From: Pseudomonadota bacterium
Lineage (GTDB): Bacteria > Bdellovibrionota_B > Oligoflexia > Silvanigrellales > Silvanigrellaceae
Reading direction: 5' to 3'
NCBI GenBank assembly: GCA_039799905.1
Contig: JBDLRP010000011.1
Coordinates: 1 to 39,230 of the forward strand
DNA: 39,230 bases
Shown: in pieces, positions 1 to 8,293 of the stretch
Numbering within the stretch: the stretch's first letter is position 1
Layout of the letters: each line of letters begins with the position of its first letter
Notes under the pieces: generated by a model
What the model saw: the letters and a program-made list of their open reading frames with translations, nothing else
Told to the model about the DNA's origin: nothing
Databases searched by the model: none
Made by a program: the position numbers and the translations under genes

Positions 1-2
1 TC

Positions 3-1373
3 GATGGACGCGACGCACCCTGCAACGCACTTGGCGACCTCAAACCAATATCAGAGCCCTTGTCGGTTAAAATTGGCAAAGCTGGCGGCAAAACTCTTTG
101 CATACAAGCTGCTCACGAACGCGGTGCGTTCGGTAAAACAACAACCTATAGCTTCAACAAGAGTGAAGTCTCGGGAAATGGACCGGAGTTGGTCGTAGAG
201 GGGGTGCCGCCAGCTTACACTGCCTCGTCAGCAGCGACACTGAGTGTTGTGAGTCAGGATGCGGTGCAGTATCGGGCCAGTTTCGGCTCAATTTTGAATC
301 CATCCGCGCCCTGCAAAACTCTGGAGAAATTTCCGTGGAAGGATTTGTCGCAGGCCGTTTCTTTGAAATTTGAATACGACGGCCCTTGGCAGCTGTGTGT
401 CGAGGTGCGCGACAGCAACGGACGAACAAGCACTGGGCCCAAAGCATTCCAGTGGACACGTGACATTGTTTATCCCGTCGTGAATCCACTGCCACTCCCG
501 GATGCTGCGACGACTGAAAGCCAATTTCAATTCAACGTCACGGGCAATCTCGTCGATTTTTACCAACACATTCTTGTCGAAGGCTCGAGCACCTGCGCGG
601 GTGTAACGTATCCTGCGCTTGTTCCTGCAAGCACGCCACTGAACCTGCAAATTCCAAAAGATGGTCTGTGGACGCTCTGCCTGGTGACAGAAAGTAAAAA
701 TGGCCAGCGCCAACAGCTACCTTTCGTAAAAGAAATCCGGAAGGTCAGTCCGGTTGTGACGCCGCCGGTTGTAAACAATCCGCAGCCAAACACCGGTGAG
801 ATCGGCAATCCCGTGGCGGTCGTCAGCCTGACGCCGGTGGCACTCAACAATGCGCGCGTTCCGCTGTCTTCGTCGCGCTCGTTTGTTATTTCCGGAGTAA
901 GTGTCACGCACTACAAGTCGTTTACTTATGACTTTTCCAACACATGTCCAGATTCGCCCCCGGCAACCGAGGCAACTGCCGCAAGTACACCTGTCAATGT
1001 GTCTTTTTCTGCCGGAGGCATCAAAACGCTCTGTATCTGGGGAATCAATCGCGCTGCAAACGGCTCCGAGACGACACAGGCAACTGCGACTTGGTTCCGC
1101 TTTTACAACGACACCAATTTCTCGTCGGTTGGAAAGAACATCGCAAACCCAACGGCCATGACCGCAAGACAGGCAGCAAATTCGTGCAGCTGCCACGATT
1201 TTTTCTTCATCTCCGATTGGACAAAAAGAGCGGTTTCGGTTTCGCAAAGGCTGCGAAACGACTCCATGCCGCCCGCCGGCTGGTTTGGTTTGGATGCCGA
1301 AAAAGCTTCGTTAATGGCATTTTTGGCGACCGTTCCGGGATATCCGATCGACCTTCCCATCGCGCCAAAGTAA
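3..1373 (+). CDS. 5'-truncated surface/secreted protein with four Cys-paired beta-rich repeats and a C-terminal cytochrome c-like domain (CSCH...MPP)
   Basis: The frame is open from the window edge (gat gga cgc... DGRDAPCNAL...), so the TTG at 60 is probably not the true start. Four C-x(~22-27)-LC units, each ending G-x3-LC, are visible. The C-terminus reads NSCSCHD...W-x15-MPP...KASLMAFL. Confidence 0.75.
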   Translation, partial: DGRDAPCNALGDLKPISEPLSVKIGKAGGKTLCIQAAHERGAFGKTTTYSFNKSEVSGNGPELVVEGVPPAYTASSAATLSVVSQDAVQYRASFGSILNPSAPCKTLEKFPWKDLSQAVSLKFEYDGPWQLCVEVRDSNGRTSTGPKAFQWTRDIVYPVVNPLPLPDAATTESQFQFNVTGNLVDFYQHILVEGSSTCAGVTYPALVPASTPLNLQIPKDGLWTLCLVTESKNGQRQQLPFVKEIRKVSPVVTPPVVNNPQPNTGEIGNPVAVVSLTPVALNNARVPLSSSRSFVISGVSVTHYKSFTYDFSNTCPDSPPATEATAASTPVNVSFSAGGIKTLCIWGINRAANGSETTQATATWFRFYNDTNFSSVGKNIANPTAMTARQAANSCSCHDFFFISDWTKRAVSVSQRLRNDSMPPAGWFGLDAEKASLMAFLATVPGYPIDLPIAPK

Positions 1374-1451
1374 TTCCTTCGCCGAACGGCATCAGGATCA
1401 GTGACAGTGCGCATCTCGCACTTATTTTTTTTTTCGAAAACGTACCGACAA

Positions 1452-1493
1452 GCATTTGTTCAATCTGCGAAACGCATGTTCAATTCTTCGAAA
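1452..1493. promoter_or_regulatory. Imperfect tandem direct repeat (candidate operator) upstream of the XRE regulator
   Basis: gcatttgttcaatctgcgaaa (1452-1472) and gcatgttcaattcttcgaaa (1474-1493). The TGTTCAAT cores are 20 bp apart in an AT-rich intergenic region. Confidence 0.35.
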
Positions 1494-1592
1494 TTACAGG
1501 ACAAGTTAATTGTAAATGACAAGAATGAATAGTTGAATGAAAGGTCAAGACTTTTCTATTCTGACGTAAAGTAACGCTGCGACGGGGACTCA

Positions 1593-1931
1593 ATGAATTC
1601 TAAAAGCGACACGGGCGGACTGCCGTTCGGCAAAATCCTGAGCAAGCTGATGAAGGAGCGTCAGCTGACAATTCAGACGATTGCAGACCTCGCAGGCGTG
1701 AACAAGAGTGTCGTGCATGGCTGGATGACCGGCACGACACCTCACGACCTGCGCGCCATCGGCAAGCTATCACGCGCATTGGGAGTTGGTTTTCGCGAAT
1801 TGCTTCTGGGCGAAGCCGAAACACCAGTGACGCTGTCAAATCTGGAAATTCTTTTCGACAAACAAGACGTGTTCGAGGGGCTTTGCGAGATCCGTATCCG
1901 CAAAATCGTCGCCAAGCCAGAGGCGACCTGA
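1593..1931 (+). CDS. XRE/Cro-family helix-turn-helix transcriptional regulator
   Basis: LSKLMKERQLTIQTIADLAGVNKSVVHGWMTGTTP...LSRALGVGFRELLLG is an HTH_3 pattern. GGGGA precedes the ATG. Confidence 0.9.
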   Translation: MNSKSDTGGLPFGKILSKLMKERQLTIQTIADLAGVNKSVVHGWMTGTTPHDLRAIGKLSRALGVGFRELLLGEAETPVTLSNLEILFDKQDVFEGLCEIRIRKIVAKPEAT

Positions 1932-2005
1932 GCTGCGCCTTGCAGCGGCTGCTCAGGAAAACTCAAACTAGAAAGCGACAGTCACGAGCCGGAACCACGG
2001 GCTGC

Positions 2006-3331
2006 TCAGACGACAGGCAATGCCCAATTCTCGAGTGTGTTTTTCACTGTAGACAAGAACTTACCGCTGTCGGATCCATCAATCACACGATGGTCGAAGC
2101 TGAGCACCACGTGGCACGTGGTACGGATTGCAATTGCATCATTGACGACAACAGGCTTTTTCACCATCGCACCGATTCCCATGATGGCAACCTGCGGCTG
2201 ATTGATGATCGGCTGGCCGATGATTGTTCCGAATCCGCCAAAGTTCGAGATCGAGAAAGTTCCACCCTTCACATCATCCGGTGCAAGTTTCTTGTTGCGC
2301 GCCTTGGTTGCAAGATTCTCCATCTCGCGGGCGATTCCAACAAAGCTTCGTTCGGTCGAATTTTTGATCACGGGAACAATCAGACCCCAGTCGAGAGCGA
2401 CCGCGATTCCGAGGTTGACATCTTTTTTGTAGACGATGGTGTCGCCGTCAACACTTGCGTTCACGATTGGAACCGCTTTGATTCCCTCAAGCGCTGCATG
2501 CATAAAAAACGGCATGAAGCTCAGCTTGAAACCGTGAGTCGCCTCAAATTTATCTTTAAACTTCGCGCGCAGATCGACGACTTTTTGCAAATCAACTTCG
2601 ATGACACTGGTGACGTGCGGGCTCGTGCGCTTGCTCATCACCATGTGCTCGGCGATCTTCTTGCGCATCTGGGTCATTGGCACACGCTCAACGCGGACAC
2701 CGTCTGCGACACCGCTGATCTGACCGCCAGTCGAGTCGACCGCAGCTGCAGGCGCTGTTTTAACCGGAGACAATGCGGCCTGTGCAGCCGAAGCAACAAG
2801 ACCACTTCCGGTGCTCTTGGCAGCCTCGATAAAGGGAGCCAAGTCCTGCTTGTTGATGCGCCCGTTCTCGCCGCTGCCCTGCACTTTCGACAAGTCGATG
2901 TTGTGCTCGGCTGCCATTTTGCGAACAAGAGGACTGCTCTTGACGCCGCGACTGGCATCCGAGCTGTCAGAGTTCGATGCCACGGCCGCAGTTTCGACCA
3001 CCGGAGCGGCTTGTTTCGCAGGCACGGAAGCTGCGGCGGGGGCGGCAGATGCTGCTTGCGCTGGTGCGGCTGCAGCCGTCGATGCGCCGGCGCCGCTTTC
3101 ATCCACGATGGCAACAACCGAGTTCACGGCGACAACCGTTCCTTCGGCAGCCAGGACCTGAACAAGCACACCGCTCACAGGAGATGGAATTTCGGTATCG
3201 ACCTTGTCGGTCGAGATCTCGAAAAGAATCTCTTCGCGCTGCACTTTGTCGCCGACCTTTTTATGCCACTTGGTCAGCGTTCCCTCATTGATAGACTCAC
3301 CCATCTGAGGCATCAAAACATTAGTGGCCAT
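2006..3331 (-). CDS. sucB: 2-oxo acid dehydrogenase E2, dihydrolipoamide acyltransferase (probably succinyltransferase)
   Basis: Lipoyl domain MPQMGESINEG...STDKVDTEIPSP, Ala/Pro linker, E3-binding domain SPLVRKMAAEHNIDL...GSGENGRI, catalytic FDHRVIDG. sucA is in the same window. Confidence 0.88.
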   Translation of the reverse strand: MATNVLMPQMGESINEGTLTKWHKKVGDKVQREEILFEISTDKVDTEIPSPVSGVLVQVLAAEGTVVAVNSVVAIVDESGAGASTAAAAPAQAASAAPAAASVPAKQAAPVVETAAVASNSDSSDASRGVKSSPLVRKMAAEHNIDLSKVQGSGENGRINKQDLAPFIEAAKSTGSGLVASAAQAALSPVKTAPAAAVDSTGGQISGVADGVRVERVPMTQMRKKIAEHMVMSKRTSPHVTSVIEVDLQKVVDLRAKFKDKFEATHGFKLSFMPFFMHAALEGIKAVPIVNASVDGDTIVYKKDVNLGIAVALDWGLIVPVIKNSTERSFVGIAREMENLATKARNKKLAPDDVKGGTFSISNFGGFGTIIGQPIINQPQVAIMGIGAMVKKPVVVNDAIAIRTTCHVVLSFDHRVIDGSDSGKFLSTVKNTLENWALPVV

Positions 3332-3348
3332 GATCGTTTGTTCTCCAA

Positions 3349-4764
3349 TCAGATATGAATCGCGTGTCCCTTGGCTGCGTGAGCCGCCTCAAGGATTGTC
3401 TCGGAGATGGTCGGATGCGGGTGAATGGTGTGAGCCAATTCATCGATCGTCATCTCGAGGTTATTGCCCAAGCTGAATTCTGCAATGAGTTCTGTCGCTT
3501 TGGCATGCACAATATGCACGCCAAGAATTTCACCATATTTTTTGTCGGTGAGAATTTTCACGAAGCCGTCTGAGGCGTCTTCGATGCGCGCCTTGGCAAT
3601 CGCAGAGAACGGGAATTTACCAACACTGTACTCACGACCCTCTTTTTTGAGGTCCTGCTCGCGATGTCCAATGCTCGCAACTTCGGGATAGGTATAAATT
3701 GCACCAGGGTTGGTGAGATAGTTGATGGGGCTGCGCTTCTTGCCGGCAATGACGTCGACGGCAAACATAGCTTCAGCCGAGGCGGTGTGCGCCAGCTGCG
3801 GAGTCGGGATGATGTCGCCCACTGCGTAAATATTTGCGGCGGTGGTTTTATACGTCTTGAGATCAACAGGAATAAAGCCGCGTGCGTCAGCTTTGATTCC
3901 AACCGTTTCAAGGCCGATATCCTCGGTGACCGGTGCGCGTCCAACACTGATGAGAGCTTTCTCAAACACGCGCGGAGCCGCCTCGCCCTCGACCTGAACT
4001 TCAACCTTGCCGCCCTTTGCGGTGATGCTTTTGACTTTGACGCCCGTGAAGATTTCCACATTTTGCTTTTTGAGCGCTTTGGCAAGCTCCGCAGCTGTTT
4101 CGAAGTCTTCGCTCGGGACAAGCTGCTCGCTCATTTCAAAGATGGCAACTTTGGAACCAAAGCGGCCGAAGCACGACGCAAATTCTGATCCGACGACGCC
4201 ACCGCCGAGAATAGCGAGGCTCTCGGGGACTTTGTCGATGTACAGGATGTGATCGGAGCTCATGATGTCTTTGCCGTCGATTTTGATGTGCGGCAGCTCG
4301 CGCACCTTGGAGCCGGTTGCGAGAATAATGTTTTTCGCAGCGAGTTTGCTCTTGCTGCCGTCGGCTGCGGTGACTTCAACCTGGCCTGCACCGGCAAGCC
4401 GGCCCATACCGCGGATCACGTCGACCTTGTTCTTCTTCATAAGAAACGCAACGCCGCCATTCACATGCTTGACGATCTCATCCTTGCGCTTGTTGACCTG
4501 CGGAAAATCGAGGGTGATGCCGCCGGGTTTGTCGGCGCCCGCGATCTTGACGCCGTAGCTGGCGAGTTTGGCGGCTTTGTCGAACATCGCAGCCGAGTGA
4601 AGCATGGCTTTGGTCGGGATACAGCCAACATTCAGGCACGTTCCGCCCAGCCAATCTTTTTTCTCAATCAGGGCTGTCTTGAGCCCGCACTGTGCTCCAT
4701 GAATTGCTGCAACGTAACCGGCAGGACCGCTGCCAATCACCACGAGGTCGTAAGATGTGGACAT
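3349..4764 (-). CDS. lpdA: Dihydrolipoyl dehydrogenase (E3)
   Basis: GSGPAGY FAD motif, GGTCLNVGCIPTK redox disulfide, GGGVVGSE NAD motif, HPHPTISE C-terminus. Start moved to the ATG at 4764 (MSTSYDLVV), which follows AGGAG. Confidence 0.96.
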   Translation of the reverse strand: MSTSYDLVVIGSGPAGYVAAIHGAQCGLKTALIEKKDWLGGTCLNVGCIPTKAMLHSAAMFDKAAKLASYGVKIAGADKPGGITLDFPQVNKRKDEIVKHVNGGVAFLMKKNKVDVIRGMGRLAGAGQVEVTAADGSKSKLAAKNIILATGSKVRELPHIKIDGKDIMSSDHILYIDKVPESLAILGGGVVGSEFASCFGRFGSKVAIFEMSEQLVPSEDFETAAELAKALKKQNVEIFTGVKVKSITAKGGKVEVQVEGEAAPRVFEKALISVGRAPVTEDIGLETVGIKADARGFIPVDLKTYKTTAANIYAVGDIIPTPQLAHTASAEAMFAVDVIAGKKRSPINYLTNPGAIYTYPEVASIGHREQDLKKEGREYSVGKFPFSAIAKARIEDASDGFVKILTDKKYGEILGVHIVHAKATELIAEFSLGNNLEMTIDELAHTIHPHPTISETILEAAHAAKGHAIHI

Positions 4765-4863
4765 TTTTTCTCTCCTGCGTAATAACACGCGGGCCTTTGG
4801 CGCCCAGCCGAGGTAGATAGACCTGCCGTCCAAAAAACGCAACTCACCCGCTGGATTACGCCC

Positions 4864-5517
4864 ATGCCATATACGCCGGTACCAGAGCCATTTATCCACC
4901 AGCTGATGCTGCGGACAATTCCGCTGCGTATGGAGTTTTCGACCTCAGCAAGCAAGATCGAAGAGCTGCCGCCGGCAGACGTACCCGAGATTGCAATCGT
5001 CGGACGCAGTAATGTAGGAAAAAGCTCTTTGCTTAATTTTCTTGCAGGACAAAAGCAGCTCGCGCGTGTGAGTTCAACACCCGGACGCACGCAGTTGATG
5101 AACGTTTTTAATGTGGAACGCGGGATATTCCGCCTCATCGACCTTCCCGGCTATGGTTTTGCAGTATCTCCCCGCGAAACGCAGGCGCACTGGGCGGGTG
5201 CCATGCGGACCTTTTTTGAAAAGCGCGGCTCGCTTGTCGGACTTCTCTTCCTCATGGACGTCCGTCGCGAGGTCGGCGAAGAAGACGTCAGTCTCGTGCA
5301 GTGGTTTCTCGCTCACAACCTGAACGTTCTGCTCATCCTGACCAAATGCGACAAACTGACAAAAGCTCAGATGGGCGTAGTTGTCCGACAGCGCAACGAA
5401 CAGCTGGGACTCCCCCCCGGAATGGTGGTCACCACCAGCACTCTGCAAAAAAATGGCCTGCCGGAAGTCATGAGCGGACTGGCCGGTCTGCTCCAGAACG
5501 AACCCAGAGAAGCATGA
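4864..5517 (+). CDS. engB: Ribosome biogenesis GTPase YihA/YsxC
   Basis: GRSNVGKSSLLN, SSTPGRTQ, DLPGYGFA and TKCDK motifs. Confidence 0.95.
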   Translation: MPYTPVPEPFIHQLMLRTIPLRMEFSTSASKIEELPPADVPEIAIVGRSNVGKSSLLNFLAGQKQLARVSSTPGRTQLMNVFNVERGIFRLIDLPGYGFAVSPRETQAHWAGAMRTFFEKRGSLVGLLFLMDVRREVGEEDVSLVQWFLAHNLNVLLILTKCDKLTKAQMGVVVRQRNEQLGLPPGMVVTTSTLQKNGLPEVMSGLAGLLQNEPREA

Positions 5518-6443
5518 ACTCGCTGCGCTCGGGCAAGAAACTCCGCCGCAGAGGGCGCAACACTGCGCGTGGTTGGCTTGCGCAGGCCCTCAAAACTTAT
5601 CTGCGCGCGCTTGAGTCTTCCAGCCCCGATGTGCCACGCAAAGAGCTCACCGCTCAGATATCTGAATTTACGGCACAGGTTCTCGCCAGCGGTGCCGACG
5701 AGCCGCGCTGCTCGGCACCTGTCAGCGACATTCTCGACGAAACCGCAGAATGGCTGGTCAGGGAATTCGCACCTGCCGATGCGCAGCTGCTGAACGCCAT
5801 GATCGAACGACGCAAGAAATCGCCGACACTCGAGGCGCAGACGGTCGAACCCTCGTTCAAGGGCCTCTCTCCGCTCAATCAACTGCCGCACACGCCTCCG
5901 CTGACTGAATGCCCACAACTTTTCCGCGATGATGAGGGGCATCTGACAAAAGAAACTGTAGCCTCGTTGCGTGATTTTCATCCGGAGATTGTCCTCATCT
6001 CTCCACAGATTCCACCCAATACGGGCACCATCGCACGGCTGTGTGCGGCGCTCACCTGCAGGCTGCACCTGATCGAGCCGATTGGCTTCGACGTCAGCGA
6101 GAAGAGCTTTCGCCGCGCGGGGCTGGATTATTGGCAGCACGTTGAACTTTATGTTCATGCATCGTGGGATGAGTTCATCAAAATGCGTCCGCAGCGGCGC
6201 ATCATCTGTGTCGAAACCGGTGGGCAAAAATCGCCCTCACAGTTCACCTTCCACGCAGGCGACCTTCTTGTCTTTGGCGCAGAAACGTTCGGCATACCAG
6301 AGAACATTTTAGCCCAGTGTTCGGAAAATCAACGTGGGCATCTTGTAACGATACCGATGTTCGATCGGGGTGTGAGAAGCTTGAATCTGGCAAATAGCGT
6401 ATCGATTGTCGCGCATTGCGCTTTGGCAAGCATTCATAAGTAA
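5514..6443 (+). CDS. trmL: tRNA (cytidine/uridine-34 2'-O)-methyltransferase TrmL with a ~155 aa N-terminal extension
   Basis: PQIPPNTGTIARLCAA, RRAGLDYW, FGAETFGIP and RSLNLANSV (SPOUT/TrmL motifs). The ATG at 5514 overlaps the engB stop (ATGA). Confidence 0.9.
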   Translation: MNSLRSGKKLRRRGRNTARGWLAQALKTYLRALESSSPDVPRKELTAQISEFTAQVLASGADEPRCSAPVSDILDETAEWLVREFAPADAQLLNAMIERRKKSPTLEAQTVEPSFKGLSPLNQLPHTPPLTECPQLFRDDEGHLTKETVASLRDFHPEIVLISPQIPPNTGTIARLCAALTCRLHLIEPIGFDVSEKSFRRAGLDYWQHVELYVHASWDEFIKMRPQRRIICVETGGQKSPSQFTFHAGDLLVFGAETFGIPENILAQCSENQRGHLVTIPMFDRGVRSLNLANSVSIVAHCALASIHK

Positions 6444-6478
6444 AAGTTGCCCGCAGGCCGCGAGAGGAGATCACAGGA

Positions 6479-8287
6479 ATGCGCTTCGGCACACGTCCGA
6501 TGGTGGAACGTGGATCATATTTGGCGGCGGAAATGCTGACCCTTGGTCTGGTCATTGCAGCCGGCATTGCCCTTGCGCACTTTGTTGCCGTCGGCAGTGA
6601 GCCATTTGCAGAAAGCGTTGAGGTCAGTCCAGACATCAGGTACTTGCCCCAGTACGCAGGACTCTCGCTGGTGCGCAGCTTGCTCGCACTCGCCATCAGC
6701 TACAGTTTTTCTGTTCTCTACGGAACAATCGCCGCTCGGAATGAACGCAACGAACGAATCATGATACCGATGCTGGATGTTTTGCAGAGCCTGCCGGTGC
6801 TGACTTTTCTTCCCGGATTCGTGCTTGCTCTCACGCGGCTTTTTCCAGACTCTCGTTGGGGTCTTGAGATCTCGTGCATTTTGATGATCGTCACCGGACA
6901 GGTGTGGAATCTCGTTTTTGCATATTACGAAAGTCAGCGCTCGCTCAGCAATGAGCTCAAGCAGTACGCATCCGTTGCTCGGCTCAGTCCGGTCGAGAAA
7001 CTCCTTCGACTTGATTTACCAAGCGCGCTGGGCCCGCTCGTTTACAACGGAATGATGTCGATGGCGGGCGGATGGTTCTTTCTGACGCTGTGCGAAGGAT
7101 TTATTTTGGGCGACAAGAACTATCGACTGCCTGGCCTCGGCAGTTTTCTCAGCGTCACCTTCGAACAGCAGAATTATCATTCTTTCGCCGCAGGTCTGTG
7201 CGCGCTTTTCGTGATGGTTTGGGGAGTCGACTTCCTGCTCTGGCGTCCGCTGATTGCATGGAGTGCACAATACCGCGAGAGCCTTGATTCCGAAATCAAC
7301 GAACGCTCCGTCTTTCTGGGACTGCTGAGAAAATCCAAAATATCACAGACGGTCGGCCACTTTTTTGCTGAAGTCAGTCATGCACTTAAAGAAATGAAAC
7401 TTTTGATGTCCACTTTGTTCGTGCGTGCACTTCCCGACGAAGGAAGCGACCGCCAGCAGGCTCTGCGCTGGAAGATCATCACCAGCCCTTCATCAATTCT
7501 TGAAGCCAAGACACGCGTGCGTCTGGGAGAGCAGATCCGTGCGCTCATCCGCTGGCTGTCGGGATTTTTTGTCGGAGGTTTGGTCTTTCTTTTGTTGCCG
7601 AGTCTGCCCAACGTTGCGGCCAGCATGGCCACGGTCACACGTTCAGACTGGCTCGAGCTCATTCACGCACTGTCACTGACCTTCGTCAAAGTGCTCGGTG
7701 TTATTTTTATCGCCACACTTTGGACAGTACCGGTTGGAATCTGGATTGGAAAATCGCCGTCCGTGCGAAGAATCATCGCACCCTTGATTCAGAATCTTGC
7801 GGCATTTCCCGCACCGGTGCTTTACCCGCTCATTGCCATGAGCCTCGCCAAAGCCAACATGAATCCCCTGCTGGTGGCCACACTGCTGATGACCATCGGC
7901 AATCAGTGGTATCTGCTGTTCAACGTCATCTCCGGAGCAAGCCGTATTCCGCAGGAGCTCATGACGGTGGCCCGTGTGATGCGTTTTTCACTGCGTGAGA
8001 GGTTTGTTAAACTCTATTTGCCATGTATTTTTCCTTCGCTGCTGACGGGCTGGATCACCGCCGCCGGAGGCGCTTGGAATGCCAGCATCGTCGCTGAGAT
8101 TGTGGAATTCCCCGGTGGAAAAATCCGCGCCGACGGCATCGGGGCCGAGATCACCGAAGCAACCACCCACGGCCACTACCAGCGGCTGGTCGCTGCCATT
8201 ATCGTCATAACGATCGCATTGATCATTTTGAACCGCACCGTGTGGCGCTCGCTGCACCACACGGCCGAGGAGCTGAAACTGCAATGA
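6479..8287 (+). CDS. ABC transporter permease, NitT/TauT family, with two tandem transmembrane modules
   Basis: Many TM segments. Two BPD_transp_1-like halves (LDVLQSLPVLTFLP...MMSMAGGWFFL; AAFPAPVLYP...GWITAAGGAWNASIVAE). Confidence 0.9.
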   Translation: MRFGTRPMVERGSYLAAEMLTLGLVIAAGIALAHFVAVGSEPFAESVEVSPDIRYLPQYAGLSLVRSLLALAISYSFSVLYGTIAARNERNERIMIPMLDVLQSLPVLTFLPGFVLALTRLFPDSRWGLEISCILMIVTGQVWNLVFAYYESQRSLSNELKQYASVARLSPVEKLLRLDLPSALGPLVYNGMMSMAGGWFFLTLCEGFILGDKNYRLPGLGSFLSVTFEQQNYHSFAAGLCALFVMVWGVDFLLWRPLIAWSAQYRESLDSEINERSVFLGLLRKSKISQTVGHFFAEVSHALKEMKLLMSTLFVRALPDEGSDRQQALRWKIITSPSSILEAKTRVRLGEQIRALIRWLSGFFVGGLVFLLLPSLPNVAASMATVTRSDWLELIHALSLTFVKVLGVIFIATLWTVPVGIWIGKSPSVRRIIAPLIQNLAAFPAPVLYPLIAMSLAKANMNPLLVATLLMTIGNQWYLLFNVISGASRIPQELMTVARVMRFSLRERFVKLYLPCIFPSLLTGWITAAGGAWNASIVAEIVEFPGGKIRADGIGAEITEATTHGHYQRLVAAIIVITIALIILNRTVWRSLHHTAEELKLQ

Positions 8288-8293
8288 ACCCAC

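Noticed and set aside
1883..3358. 491-aa plus-strand ORF
   Set aside because: Antisense shadow of sucB with no protein motifs; expected from codon bias.
4765..4899. N-terminal extension of lpdA in the ORF track (similar over-extensions at 5301, 15591, 19417, 30301 and 34371)
   Set aside because: These overlap neighbouring genes. Downstream starts with an RBS or stop/start coupling fit better.
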